This document shows, piece by piece, positions 28,615 through 42,812 of a stretch of 64,000 bases of DNA. Position numbers and translations under genes: made by a program. The stretch is from Paraspadella gotoi (taxonomy: Eukaryota > Animalia > Chaetognatha), in assembly GCA_051294375.1 (NCBI GenBank), contig CM119263.1, positions 6,921,645 through 6,985,644 on the forward strand, read 5' to 3'. The notes beneath the pieces were generated by a model. It was not told the DNA's origin. It saw nothing but the letters and a program-made list of their open reading frames with translations, and searched no databases. Each line of letters begins with the position of its first letter. The stretch's first letter is position 1.

Positions 28615-31600
28615 AATTCCTCGATATCGGAAATGGCCGAAAGTCAACCGTTTATTCATTGTCACGTTGCTGTGGCAACTCCAACTCGACGACGTCTAAC
28701 GACGACTACGACGACGACGACGACGCCGGCGGACAAAATTCGACGTTATGTCTGCCATCTTTCGTCGCAATTTTCTTTATTGTTTCCTTTCATAATTTAA
28801 AAATCTAGTTCGTCGCCTTTTTCTCCTCGTTGTAGTCGTTTTGTTTTATATTTGTTTTATATCGTGGTTCCGGTTGTTTTTGTGAACTGATTCATTGTGT
28901 TCCGCTTCATCTCCCATTCATTACGTTCTTACGTTTTATCCATTTTTTTTTATTCTTTTTCTTTTCTTTTTATTCCAAGAGATTTATGCATTTTTTATCT
29001 CTTTTTGTTTACGCGTGTCTACTTATCTCTCTCGGGCGCTGGAATTCCAGATTTTCATTTTCTGACACGGAGATTCTCTTGCGATCTTTCCAGCGCCGCC
29101 ATATTGGATTTTCAAGTCCCTCGTTTTGTCAACGGCGCCATGTTGGATTCTAGTCGCCAACAGTTTTTATCAAGTATTTCAACAGATTCTTCTTTAAAAC
29201 GTTTTACAATAGCATAATGTTAAATGCCATAGATATGTTTTAATTGTTTATAATTTCGAAAACTTGACGTCTTTTGCTTTCACTTCCCTTTTTTTTCTAC
29301 TTACCCTTGTTCTCTTTCTGGAGTCTTTGGAAATCGATTCGTAAAACGAGAAAACGAAGAGAAAAGTGTTTCTTTTCTCTGAGGAGAAAAAACCAAAAAA
29401 ACAGGAAAAACGATTTCTGATGAAAAGAAAACCAATGGAAATTTGCGTTCCAGAGGCAGAAGAAGAAAAAATATATTCGTAATCCGAAAAAAAAGGTTTA
29501 AAAAAGTCTTTTAACTTTTTCAGTTTAAAGCAAAAACGTTTTCGTTAAAATAAGAATAGTAAATTAATCAGGTATTTTAAAATAAGATTGGAAAAACGAA
29601 AACGAAAAATATATGAAAACTATATTATAGAGATTCATTGGCTGCGTCCAAAATCTTTTTATGAGTTTCTTTTCCTTTTTCTTTTTTTCGTTCTGAGTCC
29701 CATTGATTTGGCTTTTTACCCAAACGATTTCCTTTCACGAACGCGCGACGACGACGACACGACGACGACGACGACGACGAGACGACGACCGACGAGACGA
29801 CGACGAAGACGAACTGATAGAGAAACAGAAGCGAAAAGTGCAAAGTACCTGACATTAAATAAGAATTGGGATTGTTTTCCTTTTTATTGCAGTTCGTCTC
29901 GACCGTTAATTTGTGAGATTCTAAGAAATTGAGACCCATCCAACATAATCACATCGATAAAAATCTCGGTCAAGATCGTGCAAAAAAGAAAAGAGAGAGG
30001 AAAAATACTTAAAGAGTTTGAAATTATAAATAGTGTATTAGATTGTCGAAGCGCATAGTCTGGCATATTTTGGGCAGAGTCTGAGTCATGGACAAGTCTG
30101 GCCATCGAATAACTTTTTTCTTAATTGATAAGATTTAGTCCTTCAAACCCCTCTCCTTGTCTTCCCCAAAAGATTATGTTCCCCAGCCAGCCATCCATCC
30201 CAAGCNNNNNNNNNNNNNNNNNNNNNNNNNAGAGAGAGCGAGGAAGAAGCTTCAGCGTAATATGAGTGATGAAAGAAAATTATCGATTAAGGGACACGAC
30301 GACCCGGGGCGAGGGGAAGACGTTGACAAGAGAATGACAGAGGGAATGACGGAAAATGACAGAAGCCGAAGATAAAGCTGACGGAAAGACGATGACAGGG
30401 AATGACAGAAGATGACAGACGCCGTCGGAAGAGGGCAGGATGGATTTTTAATCAATCTAAAAAAAATTAGATTCGATGTTAGAACAAAGTGGAAAAAGCC
30501 TTAAGAAAAAACAAAGTCTTTGTCAAAGACAAGATAAATTTAAAAAGAAAAAAAAACATAATTAAAAAAAAATGATAATGAAATAATAAAAATGACGAAG
30601 CGATGGATTCTTTTCTAAATCCCGGAATTTTCCTTCCATTTTGTCACCGCAAGAACTCGACTCTTTTCTTTCGCTTTTCCCTCCACTTGTTTTTTCCACG
30701 ATCCACTTTTAAAAGAACCGCTTCCNNNNNNNNNNNNNNNNNNNNNNNNNGCTTGGGATGGATGGCTGGCTGGGAACATAATCTTCTTGGGGAAGACAGG
30801 AGGGGGTTGAGGACTAAATCTTATCATTAAGAAAAAGTTATTCGATGGGCCAGACATGTCCATGACTCAGACTCTGCCCAAAATTGCCCAGACTATGGCT
30901 TCGACAATCTAATACACTATTTAATTTCAAACCTCTTTAAGTATTTTTCTCTCTCTTTCTTCTTTTTTGCACGATCTTGACCGAGATTTTTATCGATGTG
31001 ACTTTGTTGGATGTGTCTCAATTCTTAGGAAATCTCAACCAAATTAACGGCGAGACGGAACTGCAATAAAAAGGAAAACAATCCAATTCTATTTAATGTC
31101 AGGTACTTTGCACTTTTTCGCTTCTTTCTCTATCAGTTCGTCTCGTCGTCGTCGTCTCGTCGGTCGTCGTCTCGTCGTCGGTCGTCGTCGTCGCGTCGTC
31201 GTCGTGGTGCGCTCGAAGAAAGGAAATCGTTTGGGTAAAAAGCCAAAAAATCAATGGACTCAGAACGAAAAAAGAGAAAAAGGAAAAGAAACTCATAAAA
31301 AGATTTGGAGCAGCATGCATCTCTATAATATAGTTTTTCGAATATATTTTTCGTTTTCGTTTTTCCAATCTTATTTTAAAATACCTGATTAATTTACTAT
31401 TCTTATTTTAACGAAAACGTTTTTGCTTTAAACTGAATAAAAGTTAAACTTTTTTAACCTTTTTTTTCGGATTACGATATATTTTTTCTTCTTCTGCCTC
31501 TGGAACGCAAATTTCCATTGTTTTCTTTTCATCAAGAATCGTTTTTTCTCTGTTTTTTTGGTTTTTTCTCCTCAGAGAAAAGAAACACTTTTCTCTTCGT

Positions 31601-32327
31601 TTTCTCGTTTTTACGAATCGATTTCCAAAATCCAGAAAGAGGAACAAGGGTAAGTAGAAAAAAAGGGAAGTGAAAGCAAAAGGACGTCAAGTTTTCGAAA
31701 TTATAAACAATTAAAAACATATCTATGAGCATTTACATATGTATTGTAAAACGTTTTAAAAGAAAGAATCTTGTTGAACTTGATAAAAACTGTTGGCGAC
31801 TAGAATCCAACATGGCGCCGTGACAAAACGAGGGACTGAAAATCCAATATGGCGGCGCTGGGAAAGATCGCAGAGAATCTCCTGTCAGAAAATGAAAATC
31901 TGAGAATTCCAGACGCCCGAGAGAGATAAGTAGACCGGTAAACAAAAAGAGATAAAAAATGCATAAATCTCTTGGAATAAAAAGGAAAAGAAAAAGAATA
32001 AAAAAAAATGGATAAAACGTAAGAACGTAAGAATGGGAGAATGAGCGCGAACACAATGAATCAGTCACAAAAACAACCGAACCACGATATAAACAAATAT
32101 AAACAAAACGACGCTACAACGAGGAGAAAAAGGCGACGAAACTAGATTTTTAAATTATGAAAGGAAACAATAAAGAAAATTGCGACGAAAGATGGCAGAC
32201 AACGTCGAATTTTGTCCCCGGCGTCGTCGTCGTCGTCGTACGTCGTCGTAGACGTCGTCGAGTTGGAGTTGCCACCAGCAACGTGACAATGAATAAACGG
32301 TTGACTTTCGCCATTTCCATTCGAGGA

Positions 32328-32375
<48 letters not shown>

Positions 32376-35364
32376 CGAGAGAGAGAGAGAGAGTAAAGAA
32401 GTGAGAAGTAGTGAGGAGGGATTAAGTTCGACTTAGTCTTTTGTCTTGACTGTGGCGATTTCTCGGTGAAAATAACATTGAAAATTTAAGATGCGATAAA
32501 TTAAATAGTTTCGGGTAAAATTTATTATTTACATTCGAATCAAACCGTTAGTTAATATGCGAATTTTTTCAAGGAGGGATCAGAACTCAACACCACTGCC
32601 ATCTCACACACCACCACTGCCATCTCCACCACACCACCTTATTTCCGGCTGATCGATCAACACAAAAAAGCGGCGCCAAAAAATCCTGGACAAAACTCGC
32701 ATCGTAGCAAATGGACGGACGACGACGACGACGACGCCAACTACGACCATGATGACGACGATGTCCACGAGATGCCGAGCGCCGTTTCTTGCTCATTGTT
32801 CGGAAAACAAACAACGAGGACGGCGACAAACGACGGACGACACGACAACGAAACGACAACGACGGCGACATTGACCGCAATGAATAGAAATATCGGCATT
32901 GCCTTTTGCTTTTGATCGTTGCCGGGCAACCGAGCCTCATCGCCATAATTTTACACGCAGCCGCCGCCATCGTCGTCGCCGATTGCGAGGGTCATCAATC
33001 TGCATCATCGCGACATCTTCTCGTTAAATTCTTTCGCACTTAGTTCACCGATGTCATCTTTAGAATAAACCCACCGTTACTCGCCATTGCGCTGACTAAC
33101 AGCGCCACAGCTATGTGTTTTATCGATCCATACGATATAAATACTGATTAAATATGTTAATTTGATTGAAATGTAAACTTAAACGTAACACCTCTTTGCT
33201 GAATCGTTGATATCGCACGAACTGACAGGCGCGACTGCATTTCCATTCGCTCATTCCGTAGTCAAAATTCTCCCGGTCTTAACTCTTATCTAAATCGAAC
33301 CTCGTCCGCGCGAATTCATCTCCGCCGCCGCGCCGACAGCCTCAGCGCAACGGCAACAACACGTAGCTGCCTAAAAAAAAAGAGAGAAAAACTCAACGGG
33401 CCGCAGCGGAGTCGTGATCAGCAGCAGCAGCCGTCAGGGAGCGGCGGGGAAGAGGCAGCGCGGGATATTGCTCACTGGACCATAACTTGTTAGAATGGAA
33501 TCAACGGTTCCTCCCATCTCTCCATTCTTTCCTCGGTTCCATCGTTCCACATTACTCGCGCGGAATTCATAAGGGCGTCTTTTGGAGGCCGAAACCGTGG
33601 AGAGGTGAGGTAAGGGTGTCTATGGTGAAGATGCTATTGATCCATCCATCCATGTGGGATGGGCGGGGCGGGGAGGATGATTTCTGAACCTCATAAAAAC
33701 ACAAATGGGGCCCAAAAACTGGCCAAAGTGTCTTCGGGTCTGCGTTGTAAAATATTTATTGCTTTTCCCAGTTTAAACTGGAATAATTACACAAAACCGC
33801 TGGTTTGCTTCTAGTTTTTTTTTTTGAAGTCCCAAACTTATCGTTTTTTGTTGTTTTTGATATTATATCGTTTGGTATTCAAGCGTTGATTTCCAAATAT
33901 TTAGTTAGCTTACCATGTTTTATTTTGACATATCTGCGGATAATATTCAAGGATTACGTAAAGGATATCACTAAAATTGATAGAAATAACCCTATACAAA
34001 GTTATTCTTTTATTTTTCATTTAAACAACTTGAAAAAGGTCCGCCTCGACTCCACTCCTTCTCACCCAATTCTTCGAACTCACCGTGTCTCCTTCCCCTC
34101 TGCAGAAGACGGCGGGCGGCGGAAATTTCGTCGCTCACGTCGCATTGAAACGTCGCCGTCCGATTGCAGACGACGGTTGGCCGCGGGCGCGTCGTGAGGA
34201 ACGTGGGACGCGCTGCCATCGAAAAACAAAAGCCACAGTTTAGCGATGATGGATGGAAATTTATCGCGTCATCTTTTAATATCACAATTAGAATTGACGG
34301 ATGAAATTGAATGAAAGAAACTAACGAACAAAATTAAAACAGAAAATGAAATCAAATATTTCGATTTTCTAAATTAAATTAAACTGTTTTTGAAAAAATT
34401 CAACACGCCGAATCGTGAGTTAAGTCACGAAGCAGAGGTCGAACGAGACGAGGTCGTTCGCGTCAACAAAAATCCGTTGGCCGAAATTGTTTGCTCTCCT
34501 TTTTGTTTGTTTTTTTCGTTTGGCTCAATTTTCAAAATCTTTTTTTTTTTTTATCCCATGGATGGGTTAAAATAAATAGTCTTTGTTGATCTCCTTTTAG
34601 GATGGACTTCGATTTTGGGTCAAGAGAAGAAATGGATTCGACTTCGAGTCTGAAGAGAGTGATTGAAGAAGGTTAACGGGGGCAAAAAGGTTATTTGTGA
34701 GGAAAAAGTTTTAAAAAAATGGATTAACATTTGGGTCAGGGCGTTTAGAAAATATATTACATTAAATTAAAATCTGATAAAATTTTTTTATGAGTTTTTA
34801 GTTTGTAATCAAACGCCATATATGGACAACAGGCCGTGCCCGGCACATGCTGGGTAAGAGGCGTGAAAGCCACGTGGGCTTGGGTGGCGCTCCATGTTCG
34901 CTAGGTGGCACGCTGGGGGCTTACGTGTTTCCTATTGGACTTGGTACCATTTCGTGGTGGCTTGGGGTTGCCAGGGGTTTCAATGTGGAGAGAAACGAGT
35001 TGAAAGGAAATCCAATAATCGAGTCGACTCTTCAGCCGTCGTCGTCGTCGTCATCATCGTCGCTCGTGTCGATCACTCGTCGTCACGGCATCTGTCATTG
35101 GCCGTCGTCAGTCGTCGGTCCATTTCATCTTCGCCTCGTATCGTATCGGTCGTCAGTCATTCCGTCAATATCATCGTCATCAGTCTCCTCGTTCGTCGTC
35201 GCTCGTCATGTGTGTCACGGTCTCGTGGTCTCATCGCGTTCGTCAGCGTCGTCTGTCGGTCAGTTCGTATCGTCGCCCGCGCACGTGCGCCGTTAAGCCA
35301 TTTCCGGTCCGTCGAACGTCGAACGGGAAGCGAAATATCGATGAGGGGAATTGGGAGGGGACGC

Positions 35365-35405
<41 letters not shown>

Positions 35406-36268
35406 TAGAGACGACCGACGACGACGACGTCGCCTACTTACGACGCGACGACGACACCGACGACGGGCCCGCGACGGTCGTCGCGCGGCATCCGCGGACG
35501 AATACGAGCGCCGGGAGTTTCACGCCATTGTCGCGTTGTACTCTGTTGAAGGAAAGAATGAATACACAACATTGTAGACTCATTATGTATTGCTTTCAGG
35601 AAATTTGCATAATTGTTGTCCTAGGGTTATAACGCCGGAGCAGATTAATTTGAAATAGCCACGTCGCATGGAAACAAGCAGAGTAAGCACAAAGACAAGC
35701 ACAACGAGGGAAATCGCCAGTATGAACGGAGGAATCACGGGAATCACTTGGCGTCTGACACACCATGACTGCTTGGGCCACAGATGCGTTTCGACCACAC
35801 CACGTCGACAAGGCGATCGCGCGGTCTCTCGATTCCCGACCGGTAAAATTTTTACGCGCCATGACTTCGGTTCGATGGAACTGGATCTGCCCTGGCATTC
35901 GGCCCAGGCTTCAGGTCGGGGGAAAGCAGATGAGCGGCATCGCGAAGTCGTTCTTCAGCTTCGGGTGTTACATAATAAACCTTAACGGTTTATCAATACA
36001 TAAGGAATTTTCCATTAGTATTGATTAGTAATTAATTGACGTTAAGGTTATGAAAATCCGTCAAGGTTGCTGAGCCGTTAACATGATTTGCAATGACGCA
36101 AGAAACCGATCGTCATTGTTTGAAAAAGAGGACGCTGGAGATCTATCCTCTCTTCATTCATTGTTACTTTATCGTGTGAGAGGTGATTGGTGAATGGAAA
36201 GGCATTCTTGAGGTCCTCTCTCTCTCATCTCTCTCTCTCTCTCTCCTCTCTCTCCTCTCTCTCTCTCT

Positions 36269-36309
<41 letters not shown>

Positions 36310-36757
36310 GATTACTTTCCTTCTTTCATTCCTTTTCCATTTTTAGGATTTGGCAACAAAAAGCTCCTTTTGTGACCCTTTTCACTAACTCATTAACCAG
36401 AATAACTTGACTTATGCAAAAAAAACCCAGAGAAACTTAATTCTCTATACTTATCTTACCATTCGTATATCACTTCGCGCCTCAACAATTATTCTTCGCT
36501 TGCTTTTTAAACAACAATAACCTTTCTCTTTTTCTCTTTTTTAAACTCGCTCCGTACCACACCCGTTTTGCCCCTCGACATTCACCCGCGTCCGACATCC
36601 GACATTAAACCCGAGAATCACTTTTCCTTTGACTAACCCATTTGACAGAATCACGACGACGACTCTCGAGACATTCCTCTCACCGACGAGATTCTTCATC
36701 TGACCCCACATTAGGAACCATCGACACGCGACTGAGAGAGCAGAGAGAGAGAGAGAT

Positions 36758-36808
<51 letters not shown>

Positions 36809-36830
36809 ACAGAAGAGAGAGAGAGCGAGG
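18322..36830. repeat. About 6-kb unit present three times: + (18322-24129), - (about 24130-30205), + (30751-36830)
   Basis: Collinear matches throughout. The inverted copy ends ...ccatccatcccaagc at 30205 and the third copy starts gcttgggatggatgg at 30751, the same base. Copies 2 and 3 are indel-noisy. 30231-30725 duplicates about 36820-37315. Confidence 0.92.
23090..23494 (-). mobile_element. LTR-like fragment (also present in the other two copies of the unit)
   Basis: Minus strand starts TGTAACACCCG with an abrupt rise in GC. The 3' end and TSD were not resolved. Confidence 0.3.
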
Positions 36831-37895
36831 GAGGCGAGAAGAAGCTTCAGCGTAATATGAGTGATGAACAGAAAATAATCGATTAAGGGACACGACGACC
36901 CGGGGCGCAGGGGAAGACGTTGAACAATGAGAATGACAAGGGAATGACGGAAAATGACAGAAGCGAAGATAAAGCTGTACGGAAAGACGATGACAGGAAT
37001 GACAGAGATGACAGAGCGCAAGGCAGGATGGATTTTAATCAATCTAACAAAAAAATTTAGATTCGATGTTAAACACAAAGTCGCAAAAAAAAGCCTTAAG
37101 AAAAAACAAGTCTTTGTCAAAGACAAGATAAATTTCAAAAGAAAAAAACATAGAATTAAAAAAAAAGATATGATAATAAAAAATGACGCGAAGGATGATT
37201 ATTCTTTTCTATAATCCCGGAATTTTCCTTCCATTTTGTCATCCGCAAGAACTCGACTCTTTTTTTCGCTTTTCCCTCCACTTGTTTTTCTCACGATCCA
37301 CTTTAAAAGAACCGCTCCGGCCTAACTCACCCCCACCACCCCGTAACCCGAAACCCCCGTCCCCCCGAAATCCCAGCTCCCCCCAAACCCTGCCCCTCCT
37401 TCACGCTGCACGACCTCAAACTCCATTCAACGCCAAACTCATGTGTTTTCCGGATCTCTATTTTTTTCAGCGTTTGCCAACTCTCTCTCTTTCATCTCTA
37501 TCCTCCCTCTCTCTCTCTCTCTCTCTCTAATTTTCTCTCTCTTCTTCTCTCTCTCTCTCTCTCTCTCTCTCAGCTTTCTTCAGGGTCTCAGGGGTCGACA
37601 CAAACAAAAGAAACCAGCGGCAGCGCGAATTCTTATCAGATGTACTCAATGATTTGTAAGTAAACAAATGAGAAAGAGAAAAAAATTGTACTTTCTCATC
37701 AGTTGAAAAGAGAGAAAGAAGATTGCTTCATTATATCTTTTAACCGTTGGAACATGAAAGGATTCCCATTGGCCCTTTGTTTGGCAGTATCCGAGTTTCT
37801 GCTGAGATAAATCTAATCATAATTCCATATTCCGTCTTTCGAAAAACACGTGAGAGAAAATTCGGGAGTATGAAAATCGAAGCCATACTCGTAAG

Positions 37896-38040
37896 TTTTT
37901 AGTCGGATCTGCTGAGTCGGATCCCGACTGTATAATTCACTTCGTCGGTCCGTCGGTCCGTCGGTCCGTCCCTTAATCTTGTCGGACACTCACTTATATC
38001 ATGTCAGAACATCGAATTATGATAAATTATGAAAAAATCA
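37896..38040 (+). mobile_element. Helentron/DINE-1-like non-autonomous element fragment
   Basis: ttttt-AGTCGG...CCGACT short inverted pair followed by (gtcggtcc)n. The downstream atcat.tcagaa.atcgaattatgataaa also occurs at about 2975-3003. Confidence 0.4.
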
Positions 38041-38134
38041 ATCAGTCAAATTAATGAATCTATACATCTATACGCTTTTGCATACGATGAAAAATGTTTA
38101 TGAACTTGGGAATAGACGCACCAAGAAGTTAGCG

Positions 38135-38315
38135 AATAAATAAATGAAAGAATGAATGAATGAATGAATGAATAAATGAATGAATGAATGAATGAATGAA
38201 TGAATGAATGAGTGAATGAATAAATAAATGAATGAATGAATGAATGAATGAATGAATGAATGAATGAATGAAAAAATGAAAAAATGAATGAATGAATGAA
38301 TGAATGAACGAACGA
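38135..38315. repeat. (GAAT)n microsatellite just inside the intron after the Ig3b donor
   Basis: About 40 gaat units. Confidence 0.95.
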
Positions 38316-38337
38316 AATAAACGAAAGGGCGACTCAC

Positions 38338-38465
38338 AGTGAACAATGAGTCTTGCGCTTGACTCTACGGAGCCGACGTCGTTTTCCGCTTCGCAGACGT
38401 AAACACCTTCGTCCATCAGAGTCACTTGACGAATGCGGAGCGATTTGTCCTCTTGGATTTGGGCT
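38338..38465 (-). CDS. robo: Robo exon, C-terminal half of Ig3
   Basis: cccttccag|A GCC CAA ATC ... GTT CAC T|gtgagt; 128 nt, phase 2 in, phase 1 out. Peptide (R)AQIQEDKSLRIRQVTLMDEGVYVCEAENDVGSVESSARLIVH has DEGxYxCEAENxVG...ARLIVH, typical of Robo Ig3. Confidence 0.93.
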
Positions 38466-39799
38466 CTGGAAGGGGTGCGGGGGGTGGGGGAAGAGGGGGT
38501 AGGGAAGAGGTGCGGATGGGTCGGGACAAAAGGAGAGGATATAAATAGACATTGATGGATCTATTAAAAGAGGATTAGTTGAGAGCTTCTGCTTAAAGTA
38601 ATACGTAACGGATGTTGTTGTCCCTGCATAAACATACTACATAGTACTTATTCCGTAGAAATATAATTTTGACTGCGTGAGTATCACCCCTGGTGTAATT
38701 TAAATGGGCGCGCGTCTTTTCTATCGATCCTTCGCGCCGCTAGGAATAAACGAGGACAGTTTCGCCGCCATTTTGCGGATCGAAGCTTTGGTTGAGACGA
38801 CGACGAATCAGCACTCAGCAGTCGCAAAGACAAAAAGCGAACGAGTGTCTCAACAACAAACGGGCGAGAAGACGACGACGATACCAAAGCCTCTACCGAC
38901 CAGGCTGACGCCGCCGCCAACGCCGCCAACGCCGCCGACAACGCCGAGTGTCAGGAGGCAATAAATCCGTCGAGGCGCGAGTCTCCCTCGGCTGACGACA
39001 AAAGAAGGAGACGCCTCTCAATGAGAAACGAGCGGGACCAGATCGAGAAGAGAGAGAAGTGAGAGGGAGAGAGAGAGAGGGGAAGGAGAGAGAGAGGACG
39101 GACTGAAGAGAGAGAGAGAGAGAGAGAGATGAAGGAGAGAGGAGGAGAGAGAGAGAGGTTAACCATGGAAACACGACAAACAACCTGTTTCTTGGGCGAC
39201 GACGACGACGACATCCGAGGAGAAATATATGCCAAGTATTCCACATCGTAAAAAGGAAAAACCGAGAGAAAAAAAACCACACAATCCGGAGAAAAACAAA
39301 TGATAAAAAGATAAAATACGAGGGAGATGAAGAAAAAAGAATCTTTCGAGATTAAAAACAAATCGCATTCATAGATGAGATTGAAAACAGAAACGAATTC
39401 ATTCGGATGACAAGTGGAACAACGACGCCAACGATAACAACGACGGGGGACGACGATGACGACGACGACGACAGCGACGATGACGACGACGAACGACGAC
39501 TAAGCCGTCTCCATCTTGACGAGTTTTTATGGCGGATTCTCTTCCTCTTGTTTTCGCCTGGGGAACGCATTAAANNNNNNNNNNNNNNNNNNNNNNNNNA
39601 AAAGGCCGCCGCCGACACCAACCGACCAAACCACCCGCGCCAGCCTTCCGTCTCCTGGCCGTCTCCCCCCCGCTGCCTTTCGCCTGCACCGTCCACCACC
39701 GCCGCCCCGGCATGCAAAGGCCTCCTTCCCAAAGACCGAATACGCACCGCCTAGGCCTGAGCTAGTATCGTCCCATGCTCTCTCTCTCTCTCTTCTCTG

Positions 39800-39830
<31 letters not shown>

Positions 39831-41075
39831 GATCTCTCTCAATCTCTCTCTCTGCTCCTCCTCTCTCTCTCTCTCTTCTCTCTCTTCTCTCTCCGGGACA
39901 TGACCTACAACAACCGGGTTGTCGCGTTTGTTCTCGGCGCCACCGGTAACGCATCGGACGACAAACGTTTTGCCGTTTTTTGTCTCTAAACGAGGACCCG
40001 TCCTCCTTTTTCTTTTCTCTTCATCTTGCGCCTCTCTCTTCAACTTACCTATATTTTCCTATTTTTTCCCTACTTATAATTTCTTTTCTCTCTTTCCTTC
40101 ACTCTTATAATCCAAGCATTAGACTTGTGCCTTTCTTCTTTGTTTTATTCTTTCTTCTCTTGACGACATCCTTTTTTTCTTTTCTTTTTACTCGCGCAGT
40201 AGTCTGACTTCCTCTTTTCCTTTAATTCAATTTTTCCTCTCTTTTTCTCCACTCCTACCCATCCAAGTAGTTTGTTGGACTTCTCATTCCTTCTTTATTT
40301 CTCCCCCCCTCTTTTCTTGATCAGTTTTTTCTTTTTCTTTCTTTTCTATGAATTGTATTATCTTTTCATTTCCTATTTATCTACAGTATAGTTAGTTGTC
40401 TTCTTCTTCTTCCTCTTTTTCTTTCCTCCCTTTCGCTTTTATTTCTTCCCACCATCACTCAGTTTCTTCCCTTCTCCCTCTATCCCAGTTCTCCTCTCCT
40501 CGCCCTTCTTCTTTAGTGTTGTTGTAATCGAGTAAAACGCGGTTTTTAATGAGAGAACTTGACTAAATGGTTATCGTTAAATTTTTATTATTCAAGCTTC
40601 GGCGCCTCCACCTTTCACGACAGCAGCGAAGGCAGACGAGCGGCCTCGGGGCTTTCCAAACCAGAATGCAACATTCCCAGAAGGAAACAACTTAAAGAAT
40701 CACGAGAGACCTCGCAGGCTGAAAAGGCAAATTCGCTTTATTGTTCCTCTTTATATCACATGAATTATAGCGTACAGGAGAAGTAGGAACTTCGCTTACA
40801 TGTCATTTGCATTAGTCGTTGTTTTAACTGAAACAATTTTGTTGTAACTTCTCTTCGAATTTAGCAAAAAATAAACCGTTTTTTTCAAATGGAACTAACC
40901 AAAAAAAAAGAGGATACAATTACAATATTTTTTTTTTGTGTAGGACCTTCATCGCATTTGCCTGTGATGGTAATTAATAGACATTTTCTTATGCTCGAAT
41001 TAAAACCACAGATTGAAAACTCTCTCTTAAAAAATGATTTTTTTTAACCGGAACACAAAAATACGATGCTTCTGA

Positions 41076-42360
41076 CAGAGTCCGATAACCGTTAATTTTT
41101 TATGAAATTCGCTTTTACCGTTAAACCTAACATTTTTAACGGTTAAAACCGTTAAGATGCGTTATTAATTTTATAATTTAACTTTAAATTTAAAATATTT
41201 AAGATTTTAAAACAAATCTTAAAGTAATTAATGGTATTTTCTCTTTAACTCTGGCTCTTGAATGCGGCTTGATAAGACTTGAAACAGAGTCAAACATTTG
41301 TCTGTTTTTATGTCAAATAAAATTTGTTATTGTAACAAACAATATATTTTGCCTAATCTCATATACACACGAAAACGAAAGGAAAACCATCAAATTCTAA
41401 ATCTCTACTTTTGCTTTCTCTTTCTCTCTTTTGCTTTCTCTTGTTCTTTCTTATCTCTTCTCTTCCTAATTATTTTTTTGTGTTGTTTTCTTACAACGCT
41501 TGTTTTCTGTTGTAGTCTTTCATAAACTTGACCAATGGTCATTGACCATATAATTAAATATGATTTTAATTTATTGATAGACTTGTGTTGATTTATCGAT
41601 TGATTCAAAATTTTATGATTAATAAATATATTTTTCAGTTTAATTAAAAGTACTATAATCATCATTATTCTTTTTTATATGTCTTTTTTTGAAGATTCGT
41701 TCCTTCTATTATTAATTTTTAAATTTTTTAAAATATTTTTTATTTGGTTTTCCTTTATTTTCATTTTTTCATTTCATTCGGTTTTTATTTCATTTTGCTT
41801 CTTTGTAATTTTACAAGAGGATATGAAAAAGAAAGAAAATAAGTTAATAAAAGTACGAAATTATTTATTTTTTAGCCTAAATTTGAATATTATATTATTG
41901 CAATGAAGATGGCAAAAAAAAGAAAAAAGCGTTAAAAAGCAAAGGGTGCGAAAAAAAGGAGAAAAAAAGAAATGGAGGGAACAAAAAAAGGGAAAAGTGA
42001 GAATATAGAAAGAATAGGAACAGGGAGGAGATAAAATAAAGGGGAAGAAAGAATAAGAGAGATGATGGAGTTAGAAAAAAAAGTAAGAAAATACAAAGAA
42101 ACAAGCAGGGGTAAAAGTGGAGAAGAGAGAGAATCGGGTAAAAAATATGGTGTAGAAGGGGATAGGGGAATAAGATGAGAACAGAAATAAAATATAGTTT
42201 TTTTTATTAATTTTAAAGATTTCATACCAAAATGAAAAAAAATTACATTTGTAAAATTAACTGAATTTACCGTTAAAATATAAATATTAACGGATTAAGT
42301 TTAGAACATTTTTTCACCGTTAATAAACCGTTAACATTAACGCGTTTACTCGCAACTCTA
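41076..42360. mobile_element. hAT-like non-autonomous DNA transposon, about 1.28 kb (copy 1)
   Basis: TIRs cagag(t)ccgataaccgttaa / ttaacggttatcggaacacta (clearest in copy 2), repeated subterminal accgttaa motifs, and an 8-bp TSD CTTTGAGA (exact at 42361-42368 and 44302-44309). Confidence 0.7.
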
Positions 42361-42812
42361 CTTTGAGACCGGACAATTCAACTTTGCTGCCTTTGTATAT
42401 AGATTCATCTAAGGAACTAAAATTCGGACGAATAAAAAAAATATTGAAGGCTACAAACTGATCGTACTCATATTGGTTTCTTGCTAATGTAATTTTGAAT
42501 TTTCGTAAAAGAGAAGGCTTTGGAAAAGCTTGCTTTTACGTCGATTTTGTTATCATTACTTCATTTTAAAGATTTGATACTTAACAATTCTAACGTTTTA
42601 GGCAAACTTTTATATTTTCAATGACGTTATAAAAAAATACTTGTCCTTTATTAAGTGAAATTAAAATTTTTGGAATATATAGTATTTGCTAGATTAAAAA
42701 AGGAATTAACGCTATAAACGAACGATGTCCGTTCTTTTCTCGTTCCCGTTTTCTCCCACATTTACCCCACATTCTCACGCCCCCCCACATTCAACCCCCC
42801 CTCTTCCCTTAC

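Noticed and set aside
38880-39530. Poly-Asp/Thr/Arg/Ser ORFs from (CGA)n tracts here and throughout the window
   Set aside because: Trinucleotide microsatellites open in several frames on both strands, with no domain or consistent splice signals.
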